A stretch of DNA of 64,000 nucleotides from Hemiscyllium ocellatum (taxonomy: Eukaryota): the NCBI RefSeq assembly GCF_020745735.1, contig NW_026867442.1:297040-361039 (forward strand). The letters are read 5' to 3'. The notes beneath the pieces were generated by a model. It searched no databases. It was not told where the DNA came from and saw nothing but the letters and a program-made list of their open reading frames with translations. Shown in pieces: positions 23,521 to 35,699 of the stretch. How positions within the stretch are numbered: position 1 is the first letter of the stretch; each line of letters begins with the position of its first letter. The position numbers and the translations under genes are program-made.

Positions 23521-24539
23521 AATTCTGTGCAGGTTCCACAGCTTGGAGACAGAGCTGCTGCTGGATTCTGTTTCTGATCTCCGAGTGCAGGTGTGTGTGT
23601 TTGTGAGAGAGTGACTGACACTTTTTCCAAAACTGTGCTGTTTCTGCAAAAAATAAATCCTAGAACCAGCCTCCTATGCTGTCAGATTCCAGGGAGTGCA
23701 GATGGTTCACAGTTTTCTCCCGTCTCAGTAACAAACACCCAGCTGCTCCGAGCTCCTTCTTTCACTTCCTCTTTTGGTGAAGTTTCAACCTTGCGATCTG
23801 ACAGTCTTTGCAGTTATTTGTTACACTGGGGCTTTCTGCTGTGGTCAGAATCTCTAATAATAAATGTCTAATCAGTGACAATCACAGCAGCTAAGAGCAG
23901 TCAGGACTGAGGAGCCAGGCTCACTGTGAAACATATTGGGAAGATCAAAGCCATCCTCTTCAGATCCTGGTATAAACTCCATCCCTCTCCCTGAGCACTG
24001 TCTGCTGCTCAAACAGACTCTTTACAAACTGGGTCTCATGTTTGAGAATCATCTAAGCCCCATATCTTTCATATCAAAAAAATCTCAGCCGTGTTTATGG
24101 GGCTCCAAACATGACCATTCCAATGGCTGATGCACATCACAGCCACTGCCCTCCGTATCCTTCAGCTCATCCAAAATTCTGCAGCCCGTATCCAAACTTG
24201 CACCAAGTCCCGTTCCCACAACCCCCTGCACCCCGTGCCTATATTGGCTCCTGGTCGAGCAACACCTCGATTTTCAAATTCTCATCCTTGTTCCTAAATC
24301 CCCCTCTGCCCTCCACCCTCCCTATCTCTGTAACCTCCTCCAAGCTGCCTCACTCCGTGTGGTCAGCAATCTTGGATAATTGGCTCTCTATTCCTTCATC
24401 CAAGTCATTGAGAAATATCGTGAAATACTGAGGTCCCTGCACAAATCCCTGGGGACACCACTATTCACATCTTGTTCATTGGAGAGTACACACACTCTTC
24501 TCTGTCTCCTACCTCCAAACTAATTCCTAACCAAAGACA

Positions 24540-26620
24540 AATACTTTTCTATCACTGTCTTGATGATAGGAAGCAGAGGGTAATATTGGAAGGATGCTTG
24601 TCAGACTGGAGGCCTGTGTTGAGTGGAGTGCCTCAGGGCTCAGTGCTGGCCCCATTACTGTTTGTTATCAATATTAATGATTTGGATGAGAATCTGTAAG
24701 GCATGATTAGTAAGTTTGATGTGCAGGTCAGGTGAATTGGCCATGTTAAATTGGCCATAGTCTTAGGTACATTAGTCAGTGGGAAATGGGTCTAGGTGGG
24801 TTACTCTTCAGAGGGTCGTTGTGGATTGGTTGGACCGAAGACCTGTTTCCACACTGTAGGGAATCTAATCTCTAATCTTGTACAGGATGTCAGTGAGGTC
24901 GCACTTGGAATATTGTATTCAGTTTGGTCACCTTGTTATAGGAAGGATATTACTAAACCAGAAAGAGTACAGAAGAAATTGGCAAGGATGTTGCCTGGAC
25001 TCAACAATCTGAGTTATAGGGACTTTTTTCTTAAAGCGTAGGAGACTGGTTGGGGAACTTTTAGAAGTGTATAAGATCATGAGAGACATGGATAGGGTTG
25101 GGGAATCGAGGATGAGAGGGCATCAGTTTAGTGTTAGAGAGGAATGAATAAAAGGGAACCTGAGGGGCAACACTTTTACACAGAGGGTGGCACGCATGTG
25201 GAATGAGATGCCAGATGAAGTGATTGAGGTGGATACATTAACAAGATTTAAAAGACATTTGGACAAATACATAGATAGGAAAACATTTGAAGGATGTGGG
25301 CCAAGTGCAGGGAAATGGGGTTAGCATGGATGGACATTTTGGTCAGCACGGTCCAGTTTGGGCCAAAGGGCCTGTCTCTGTGCTGTAGGACTCGATGGCT
25401 CTAAGACTCTATAATTCCATATGTTTCCGTGTTTATGAACAGTCTCTCAAACATAGAAACAAAGGAACTAGGAGCAAGAGGAAGCCATTCAGCCCTTCGA
25501 GTTGGCTCTGCCATTCAATATGACCATGGCTGATCATCCAACTTAGTCCCCTGCTCCCATTTTTTCTCCATAAAATTTAACCCCTTTAGTCCTAAGAATA
25601 TTGTTAACCTCTCTTGAAAATATTGAATGTTTTAGGCTCAACTGCTTTCTGTGACAGAATCTCCCACGAGCTTCCCAGTCTCTGGCTAAAGAAATGTCTC
25701 CGCAGCTCAGTCTGAAATAACCTTTCCCTTTTCTTTAAACCATAATTCGTAGTTCTGGATTCCCCAGTCATCAGGAACATCCTCCCTGTGTTGTTCTAGT
25801 CTTGTCCTGTTCGGATTTTCAAGATTACAATATGATTCCTTTCCATCTTCTAAGCGCCAATGAATATAATCCTAACTGATCCAGTTCTTCATCAGATCTA
25901 AGTGCTGTCATCCCAGGAATCAGTCTGGTAAACCTTTCCTTCCCTCCCTCCACAGCCAGAACATCCTTCCGCAGATAAGGAGCCCGAAACTACCCACGAC
26001 AGAATCATAAAATCACACAGTACAGAGGAGGCCCTTCAGCCCATTAACTGTGTAACAGCCAAACTACACTATAAACCTATACCAGTCCCACTTTCCAACA
26101 TGAGGCCCACAGCTTGAATGTTATGATATTTCAACTGCTCACCCAAGTACATTTTAAAGTTTGTGAGGTTTCCCACCTCAACTCCCCTCCCAGGCTGTGC
26201 ATTCCAGATGCACACCAGCCTCTGGATGAAAAACATTTTCCTCAAAACATCTTGAAACCTCCTATCTTTCACATTGAATGTGAGCCAACTTGTTATTGAC
26301 CCTCCCACGAATGAGAACAGCTGCTTTCTCTCCTCCCTGTCCATTCCCCTCATAACCTTATACACCTCTATCAGGTCCCCCCTCCACCTTCTCTGCTCTG
26401 AAGAAAACAACCCGAGCTGATCCAATTTCTCTTCATCACTGAGAGGTTCCATCCCACACAACATCCTGGTGATTTCCCTCTGCACCCCATCCAGTGCAAT
26501 CACATCCTTCCTACAGTGTGGTGACCTGAACTGCACACAGTACTCCAGCTGTGGCCTAACCAATGTTCTGCTTAACTGCAACATATCCTCCTGCTTTTAT
26601 AACCAATACCTGACATGACA
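24540..26620. mobile_element. CR1 fragments with HE1 3' piece
   Basis: [28 protein letters not shown] (plus); PQLEYCVQFRSPHCRKD...RRWRGDLIEVYKVM (minus, 26069-26584). Confidence 0.8.
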
Positions 26621-26869
26621 AAGCCAAGTGCTCCATATGCCTTTATATCTGCTCTGTTAACCTGTCTTGCCATATTCAGCGATCAGGGGACAAGCACCCA
26701 AGATCACGCTGTTCCTTAGAGTTTCCTCAGTTCAAAGAACAAAGAACAATGAAAATTACAGCACAAGAACTGGCCCTTCGGCCCTACTAGCCTGCGCTGG
26801 TCCATATCCTCCATCTAAACCTGTCATCAATTTTCCAAGGGTCTATCTCCCTTTGCTCCCTGCCCATCC

Positions 26870-29800
26870 ATGTATCTATCTAGATATATCTTAAATGATG
26901 CTATTGTGCCTGCCTCTACCACCTCCACTGGCAACGTGTTCCAGGACCAATCACTCTCTGTGTGAAGAACTTTCCATACATATCTCCCTTAAAAGTTTCC
27001 ACTCTCACTTTGAACTCATGACCCAGAGTAATTGAGTCCCTCACTCTGGGAAAAAGTTTCTTGCTATCCACCCTGTCTACACCTCTCATGATTTTGTAGA
27101 CGTCAATGAGGTCCCCCCTCAATGTTCGACTTTCTAATGAAAATAATCCTAATCTACTCAACCTCTCTTCATAGCTAGTGCCCTCCATACCAGGCAATCT
27201 TGGTGAACCTCCTCTGCACCCTCTCCAAAGCATCTACATCCTTCTGGCTGTGTGGCGACCAGAACTGTGGGCAGTATTCCAAATCTGGCCAAGCCAAAGT
27301 CCGATATAATTCTCACATGACCTGCCAACTCTTGTACTGAATACCATGTTTGATGAAGGAAGGTATGCCATATGCCTTCTTGACCACTCTATCGATCTGT
27401 GTTGTCACCTCCAGGGTGCAATGGACCTGAACACCCAGGTCTCTCTGGCCATCAATTTTCCCAGGGTGTTCCATTCACCGTACAGTTTATTCCAGATATG
27501 GATCTTCCAAAATTCATCAGATCGCATTTGCCCAGATTGAACTCCATCCGTCCGTTTCTCTGCCCAACTCTCCAATCTGTCTATATTCCGCTGTATTCTC
27601 TGACAGTCCCCTTCACGATCTGCTCTCCACCAATCTTAGTGTCATCTGCAAACTTGTTAATCAGACCACCTATACTTCCTCCAGATCATTTATGTATATC
27701 AAAAACAAGAGCGGTACCAGCACGGATTCCTGTTCTCCATTCTGAAAAACTCCTTCCACTACTACTGTCTGTCTTCTGTTGCCCAGCCTGTTCTCTATCC
27801 ATCTAGTGAGTACACTCTGGACCCCATGCGACTTTAATTTCTCCATCAGGCTGCCATGGGGAACTTTATCAAACACCTTACTGAAGTCCATGTGTATGAC
27901 ATCCACAGCCCTTCCCTCATCAATCAACTTCATCACTTCTTCAAAAATGTGTATAAAGTTGGTAAGACATGACATTCCCTGAACAAAATCATGCTGCCTA
28001 TTACTGAAATTTCTTCCAAACGTAAATAGATCTTACCCCTCAGTATCTTCTCCAGCAGCTTCCCTACCACTACATCAGGCTCACTGGTTGATAGTTACCT
28101 GGATTATCCTGGCTACCCTTCTTAAACATTAGCAATTCTCCAGTCCTCTGGGACCTCATCCATGTTCAAGGTTGCTACTAAGATGTCGATTATGGACCCA
28201 ATTATTTCCTCTCTTGCTTCCCTCAGTAACCTGGGATAGATCCCATCCCGACCTGGGGACTTGTCCACCTTGATGCCTTTTAAAATACCCAACACTTCCT
28301 CCTTCCTTAAACCGACTTGACCCTGAGTAATCAAGCACCTATCCCCAACTTCAACACCTGTCATTTCCCTCTCCTTGGTGAATACCGACGTAAAGCACTC
28401 ATTAAGAATCTCATCCATTTTCTCTGACTCCACACATAACATTCCTCCTTTGTCCTTGAGTGGAACAACCCTTTCTCTAGTCACCCACTTGCTCCTTATA
28501 TATGAATAAAAGGATTTGGAATTTTCCTTAATCCTGTTTCCTAATGATATTTTATGACCCTTTTTAGCCCTTCTAATTCCTCATTTCAGATCGGTCCAAC
28601 TTTCCCAATATTATTCCAAAGCTTTGTCTATTTTCAACCACCTAGACCTTATGTATGCATCCTTTTTCCTCTTAGCTAGTCTCACAATTTCATCTGTCAT
28701 CCAGCGTTCCCTAATTCTGCCATTTCAATCCCTTATTTTCACAGGGACATATCTGTCCTGACTCTAGTCAACCTCTCTTTAAAAGCCTCCCACATATCAA
28801 ATGTGGATTTCCCTTTAAACAGCTGCTCCCAATCCACAGTCCCCAACTCCTACCAAATTTTGCTATAGTTGGCCTTCCTCCACTTTAACCCTCTTCCTTT
28901 AGGACCAATCTCACCTTTGTCCATGAGCATTCTAAAACTTATGGAATCATGATCACTCGTCCCAAAGTAATCCCTTACTGAGATTTCAACCACCTGGCCG
29001 GGCTCATTCCCCAACACCAGTCCAGTATGGCCCCTTCCTGAGTTAGACTATTTCCACATTACTCTGTAAAAATCCTCCTGGATGCTCCTTACAAATTCTG
29101 CTCCATCTTAACTGCAAACATGAAGTGAATCCCAGTCAATGTTGGGCAAGTTAAAATTTTCCATCATCACCACCTTGTTACTCCTACATCTTTCCATAAT
29201 CTGTTTACATATTTGTACCTCTATCTCACGTTCACTGTTAGGAGGCTTGTAGGATAGCAGCAACATTGTTACTGCACCCTTCCTGTTTCTGAGCTCTGCC
29301 CATATTGCCCCACTGCTCGAGTCCTCCATAGTGTCCTCCTTCAGCACACCTGTGATATCCACTCTGACCTGTAATGCAACTCCTCCATCCCTTTTACCTC
29401 CCTCTCGAACCCATATGATACATCTGTATCCTTGGGATGTTTAGTTGCCAATCTTGCCCTTCCCTCAACCACGTCTCAGTAATAGCAATAACATCATACT
29501 CCCAGATACTAGTCTAAGCCCTAAATTCCTCTGCCTTACCTACTACACTTCTCACATTAAAACAAATGCACCTCAGACCATCTGTCCCTTTGTGTTCATC
29601 ATCTGCTCCCTACCTACTCTTAACCTTAGTCACGCTGACTTCAATATCTAGTTCCTGACAGGCTTTAGTTACTCCCTCCTTATTGTCCACTAACCTCCTC
29701 ATTTGGTTCCCATCCCTCTGCTACACTATTTTGAACTGTCCCCAAGAGCGTGATCAAACACATCCCACAGGACACTGATTCCAGTCCTGCCCAGGTGTTG

Positions 29801-30210
29801 ACCACTCGATTTGTAATTGTCCCACCTCCCCAGGAACCAGTCCCAATGTCCCAAAAACCTGAACCCTTCCCTCCTGCACCATCTCTCAAGCCACACATTC
29901 ATCCTGCCTATACTTTCATTTCGACTCTGACTAGCACATGGCACTGGGAGCAATCCTGAGATTACTACCTCTGAGATCCTACATTTTAATATGGTTCCTA
30001 TCTCCCTAAATTCTGCTTGTAGGACCTCATTCCATTTATTACCGATATCATCAGTCCCTTCATGAACCGTCACAACTAGCTGTTCACCTCCCCCTTCAGA
30101 ATGTCCTGCAGCCGATCTGAGACATCCCTGAGCCGTACAACTGGGAGGCAACATGCTATTCGTGAGTCTTGTTTTTGACCACAGAACCGCCGATCTACTC
30201 CCCTTACAAA
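26870..30210 (-). mobile_element. Near-full-length decayed CR1 LINE (ORF1 esterase, APE, RT, tail)
   Basis: SCLTNFIHIFEEV...DFSKVFDKVPH (RT), IWAELRNRKGAVT...NFNLPNIDWD (APE), VVISGLLPVP...NVWLERWCRREGFRFLGHWD (SGNH). Confidence 0.88.
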
Positions 30211-31076
30211 GTCCAAATAAACCATATCCACGGCCCCCCCCCCTTATCAAATCCACTCACTACATCCTCAAACAATTCCAGTCAATTTTTTAAGCATGAT
30301 TTCCCTTTCGAAAATTCATGCTGACCCTGTCCAGTTCTGCCACTGTTTTCAAAGTGCTAAGCTATAAAATATTTTATGATGAACTTGAGCATTTTCTCCA
30401 CTGCTGACTTCTGGCTAATTGGTCTAAAATTTCTTATTTTCCCTCTCTCTCTCTCTCTCTCTTTCAATAGACGTGTTAAATTAACTCCCTCCATTTTGTA
30501 GGACCTATTCCACAGTCGAAAAACAGATAACCATCAATGTTTCTCATATTTTACAACCACTTCCTGAAGCACTCCTGAAAATAGATTATTTGGCCCTGCT
30601 GATTTAAGACACTCTAATTTTCCCAGAACCATTTTCTTCCAACAACTGACTTCCTTCAGCTCCTTCCTCTGATAAAACCCCAAGTTCACCAACATGTCTG
30701 AGATTTATTTGAGAATTCATTTGTGCAGAAAGATCCAGAATATCTTTATCTGTCTTCTTTTTGTTCCAACTATAACATTATAACACTTGTGTGGAACTTC
30801 CTTGAATGTCATCTGGACGTCCATATAAACAACACATTCCCTTATCTCACACATTAGTGACCTCGTTAAAACATGTAACCAGGTTAGTTAAAAGTGTCTG
30901 ACCCCTTTAAATCCATGCTGACTTTGTCTGATCTGTTCACATTTGTCAGGCATTCTGTCTCTAAACTGATTCAATTACTTCCCCACAATAGACATTCAAC
31001 GATGATAAAAACAATGACTGCAGATGCAGGAAACCAGATTCTGGATTAGTGGTGCTGGAAGAGCACAGCAGTTCAG

Positions 31077-31510
31077 GCGGCATCCGAGGAGCAGGGAAAT
31101 CGACGTTTCGGGCAAAAGCCCTTCATCAGGAATAAAGGCAGTGAGCCTGAAGCTTGGAGAGATAAGCTAGAGGAGGGTGGGGGTGGGGAGAAAGTAGCAT
31201 AGAGTACAAGCAAATGTGGCTGTGGGAGCGAGTTTGTTTCACGACATGGTTGAAGAGCTTCAGTGCAGAGGAAATGACCTGGGAGTTGCAGTGGGAGAGG
31301 GACTCCCTGAGATTCTTGTAGAGAGAAGCTCTTCAACCATGTTGTGAAACAAACTCGCTCCCACAGCCACATTTGCTTGTACTCTATGCTACCTTCTCCC
31401 CACCCCCACCCTCCTCTAGCTTATCTCTCCACGCTTCAGGCTCACTGCCTTTATTCCTGATGAAGGGCTTTTGCCTGAAGCGTCGATTTCGCTGCTCCTC
31501 GGATGCTGCC
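31077..31510. mobile_element. Near-perfect inverted repeat of a Penelope 3' end (arms ~185 bp, spacer ~63 bp)
   Basis: 31077-31261 is the reverse complement of 31325-31510; each arm contains a family-C hammerhead motif. Confidence 0.85.
31098..31133 (-). ncRNA. Minimal hammerhead ribozyme motif (family C)
   Basis: AUUC-CUGAUGA-A-GGGC-UUUU-GCCC-GAAA-C-GUC-GAUU; core intact, one U-U mismatch in stem I. Confidence 0.68.
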
Positions 31511-32125
31511 TTAACTATTGTGCTCTTGCAGCACCACTAATCCAGAATTCAACAGAGATGTTCATTGTGAGTGAGGTTAGTAAACAGCTAGTACTGACAC
31601 AAGGGGCTGAACAGCCTCCTCCTAGAATCATAGAGATGCACAGCATGGAAACAGACCCTTCGGTCCAACTTGTCCATACCAACCAGATATCCCAACCCAA
31701 TCTAGTCCCACCTGCCAGCACCTGACCTAGATCCCTCCAAACCCTTCCAATTCATAGAGGTAAAAACAATGACTGCAGATGCTGGAAACCAGATTCTGGA
31801 TCAGTGGTGCTGGAAGAGCACAGCAGTTCAGGCAGCATCCAAAGTGCAGCGAAATCAACGTTTCAGGCTTATTCCTGATGAAGGGCTTTTGCACGAAAGG
31901 TCGATTTCGCTGCACTTTGGATGCTGCCTGAACTGCTGTGCTCTTTCAGCACCACTGATCCAGAACCTTCTTAATCATATACCCATCCAGATGCCTTTTA
32001 AATGTTGCAATTGTACCAGCCTCTACCACTTCCTCTGGCAGCCCCATTCCACACTCGCACCACCCTGTGTGTGAAAATGTTGCTCCGTAAGTCTCTTTTA
32101 TATCTTGATGAAGATGAAGGGCTTC

Positions 32126-32161
32126 ATTCCTGATGAAGGGCTTTTGCCCGAAACGTCGAAT
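32126..32161 (+). ncRNA. Minimal hammerhead ribozyme motif (family C), fully paired copy
   Basis: AUUC-CUGAUGA-A-GGGC-UUUU-GCCC-GAAA-C-GUC-GAAU. It lies inside a 113-bp insert (32107-32219) flanked by a perfect 14-bp repeat ctcttttatatctt. Confidence 0.75.
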
Positions 32162-32219
32162 TTCCTGTTCCTTGGATGCTGCCTGACCTGCTGCGCCTTA
32201 ACCAGCAACACATTTTCAG

Positions 32220-35200
32220 CTCTTTTATATCTTTCCCCTCTTACCCTAAACCATGCCCTCTATTACTGGACTCCACCAGCCCAGGAAAAAGACTTGGTCT
32301 CTTTGCCCTATCCATGTCCCTCATGATTTTGTAAACCTCTGTAAGGTCACCCCTCAGCAGGGACCTCTGTAAGGTCACCCCTCACTCCAGGGAAAACATC
32401 CCCAGCCTATTTAACCTCTCCCTATAGCTGAAATCTTCCAACACTGGTAACATCCTTGTAAATCTTTTCTGAACCCTTTCAAGTTTCACAACATCTTTCT
32501 GATAGGAAGGAGACCAGAATTGAACACAATACTCCAAAAGTGGTTTAGGTGACCTCCCAACACCTATACTCAGTACTCTAACCAATAAAGGAAAGCATAC
32601 CAAATGTCTTCTTCATTATCCTATCTACCTCCGACTCTACTTTTAAGGAGCTATGAACCTGCACTCCAAGGTCTCTTTGTTCAGCAACACTCCCGAGAAC
32701 CTTACCATTAAGTGTATAAGTCCTGCTAAGATTTGCTTCCCTAACTGCAGCACCTTGCATTTACCTAAATTAAACTCCATCTGTCATTCCTCAGCTCATT
32801 GGCCCATCGGATCAAGATCCTGTTATAATCTGAGGTAACCTTCTTGATGTCCACTACACCTCCAATTTTGGTGTCATTTGCAAACTTACTAACTCTACCT
32901 CCTATGTTCACATCCAAATCATTTATGTAAATGACAAAAAGTAGTTGCCCCAGCACCAATCCTTATGACACTCCACTGGTCACAGGCCTCCAGCCTGAAA
33001 AACAACCCTCCACCACCATCCTCTGTCTTCTACCTTTGAGCCAGTTCTGTATCCAAATGGCTAGTTCTAACTGTATTCCATAAGATCTAACCTTGCTAAC
33101 CAATCTTCCATGGGAACCTTGTTGAATGTCTTACTGAAGTCTATACAGATCCTGTCTAACGCTCTGCCCTCATCAATTCTTTCTGTTACTTCTTCAAAAA
33201 ACTCAATCAAGTTTGTGAGACATCATTTCCCATACGCAAAACCATGCTGACTATCCCTAATCAGTCTTTGCCTTTCCAAATATATGGACAATCTGTCCCT
33301 CAGGATTCCTTTCAATAACTTCCTCAGAATCGACGTCTGGCTGACTGGTCTACAGTTCTCTGGCTTGTCCTTACCACCTTTCTTAAATAGTGGCACCAAT
33401 TAGTGAACCTCCAGTCTTCTGGCACATCATCTGTGACTATTGAGGATACAAATATCACAGTAAGAGGTCTAGCAATCACTTCCCTAGCTTCCCACAGATT
33501 CGTAGGGTACACCTAATTAGTTCCTGGGGATTTATCCACTTTTATGCATTTCAAGACATTTAGCACCTCCTTGTCTGTAATATGAACATTTTTCAAGATA
33601 TCGCCATCTATTTCCCTGCATTCTATATCTTGAATATCCTTCTCCACAGTTAAAGTGAAGCAAAATGCTCATTTGGTATCTGCCCCATCTCCTGCGGCTC
33701 CACACAAAGGTCGCCTTGTTGATCTTTGAGGGGCCTGTTCTCTCCTTAGTTACCCTCTTGTCCTTAATGTATTCATAAAATCCCTCTGGATTCTCCTTAA
33801 CCATATTTGCCAAAGCTATCTCATGTTGTTGCCCTCCTGATTTCTCTCTTAAATTTACTCCTACTGCCTTTGTATATCTCTAAGAATTCACTCCATCTAT
33901 CCTGTCTGTACCTGACATATGCTTCATTCTTTTCCTTAACCAAACTCTCAACTTCTCTCATCATCCAATATTCCCTACACCTACCAGCCTTTCCTTTCAC
34001 CGTAACTAGAATATACTATCTCTGGGCTCAATTATCTCATTTCTGAAGGCTTCCCATTTTCCAGCTGTCCCTTTACCTGTGAGCAACTGCCCCCAATCAG
34101 CTTTTCAGAATTCTTGCCTGATACTGGCAAAATTAGCCTTCCTCCAATTTAGAACTTCAACTTCTGGATCTGGTCTATCCTTTTCCATCACTATTTTAAA
34201 ATGAATAGAATTATGGTCGCTGACCAAAAATGCTCCTCCACTGACACCTCAGTCACCTGCCCTGCCTTATTTCCAAGAGTAGATCGAGCTTTGCACCTTC
34301 TCTAGTAGGTACATCCACATACTGAATCAGAAAATTGTCTTGTACGCACTTAACAAATTCCTCTCCATCTAAACCCTTAACACTATGGCAGTCCCAGTCT
34401 ATGTTTGGAAAGTTAAAATCCCCTACTATAACCACCCCATTATTCTTACTGATAACTGAAATCTCCTTATAAAATTTGTTTCTCAATTTCCCGCTGACTA
34501 TTGGAGGGGGGCTATAATATAATCCCAACAAGGTGATCATCCCCTTCTTTTTTCTCAGTTCCATCCAAATAACTTCCCTGGATGTATTTCTGGGAATATC
34601 CTCCCTAAGCACAGCTGTCATGCTATCCCTTATCAAAAATGCCACTCTCCCTCCTCTTGTGCCTCCCTTTCTGTCCTTCCTGTAGCATTTGTATCCTAGA
34701 ACATTAAACAGCCAGTCCTGTCCATCCCTGAGCCATATTTCTGTAATTGATATAATATCCCAGTCCCATGTTCCTAACCACGCCCTATGTTCATCTTCCT
34801 TCCCTGTTAGGCCTCTTGCACTGAAATAAATGCAGTTTAATTTACCAGTCCTACCTTGTTCATTGCTTTGTCCCCGCCTGCCCTGACTGTTTGACTTGCC
34901 TTTGTTCTCAACTTTACCAATCTCAGGTTGAAATCTTTCCTCACTGTCTCCCTGGGTCCCACCCGCCCACCTTACTAGTTTAAATCCTCCCGAGCAGCTC
35001 TGGCAAATCTCCCTGCCAGTGTATTAGTCCCCTTCCAATTTAGGTGCAATTTGTCCTTCTTGTACAGGTCACTTCTATCTCAAAACAGCTTCCAAAGATC
35101 CAAAAATGTGAATCCTTCTCCCATACACCAGCTCCTCAGCCATGCATTCATCTGCTCTATCCTCCTGCCCTCATTAGCTCATAGCACCAGGAGTAATTCA

Positions 35201-35670
35201 GATATTACTACTCTTGAGGACCTCCTTTTTAAATTCCTGCCTAACTCTCTGCAATCTCCCTTCAGAATCTCAACCTTTTCCCTTCCTTTGTCGTTGGTTC
35301 CAAAGTGTACAATGACCTCCTGCTGGTCCCTCTCCACCTTCAGAACATTCTGCACCCGCCCTGAGAATCCTTGATCCTGGCACCAGGGAAGCAACGCACC
35401 ATTCTGATTTTTCACTGCTGGCCACAGAAACGTCTGTCTGTACCTTGGGCTACAGAGTCCCCTAACACAGTCGATCATTTGGAACCCGACGTACCTCCCA
35501 TTACATTAGAGCCAGTGTCAATACCACAAACTTGGCTGCTAATGCTAAGTACCCCTGAGTTTCCATCACCCCCTACATTTTCCAAAACAGCATTCTTGTT
35601 TGAAATGGGAATAGCCACAGAAGACTCCTGCACTACTTGCCAACCTCTCTTGCCTTTCCTGGAGTAATGG
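32220..35670 (-). mobile_element. Near-full-length decayed CR1 LINE
   Basis: LGQLLFVIYINDLD...SKFANDTKIGG (RT), VIVGDFNFPNIDWD (APE), VIVHFGTNDKGREKVEILKGDCRELGRNL (ORF1 SGNH). Confidence 0.88.
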
Positions 35671-35699
35671 TCAGAGCCCATGGGATCCAAGGCATTTTG

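Larger units (their letters stand above)
8320..24545. repeat. Left arm of the large inverted duplication
   Basis: Co-linear reverse-complement matches to the right arm at 8.3-8.75 kb, 9.5-10.0 kb, 12.0-12.5 kb, 16.4-18.3 kb, 19.2-20.0 kb and 23.66-24.5 kb, including unique (non-TE) sequence. Confidence 0.92.
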
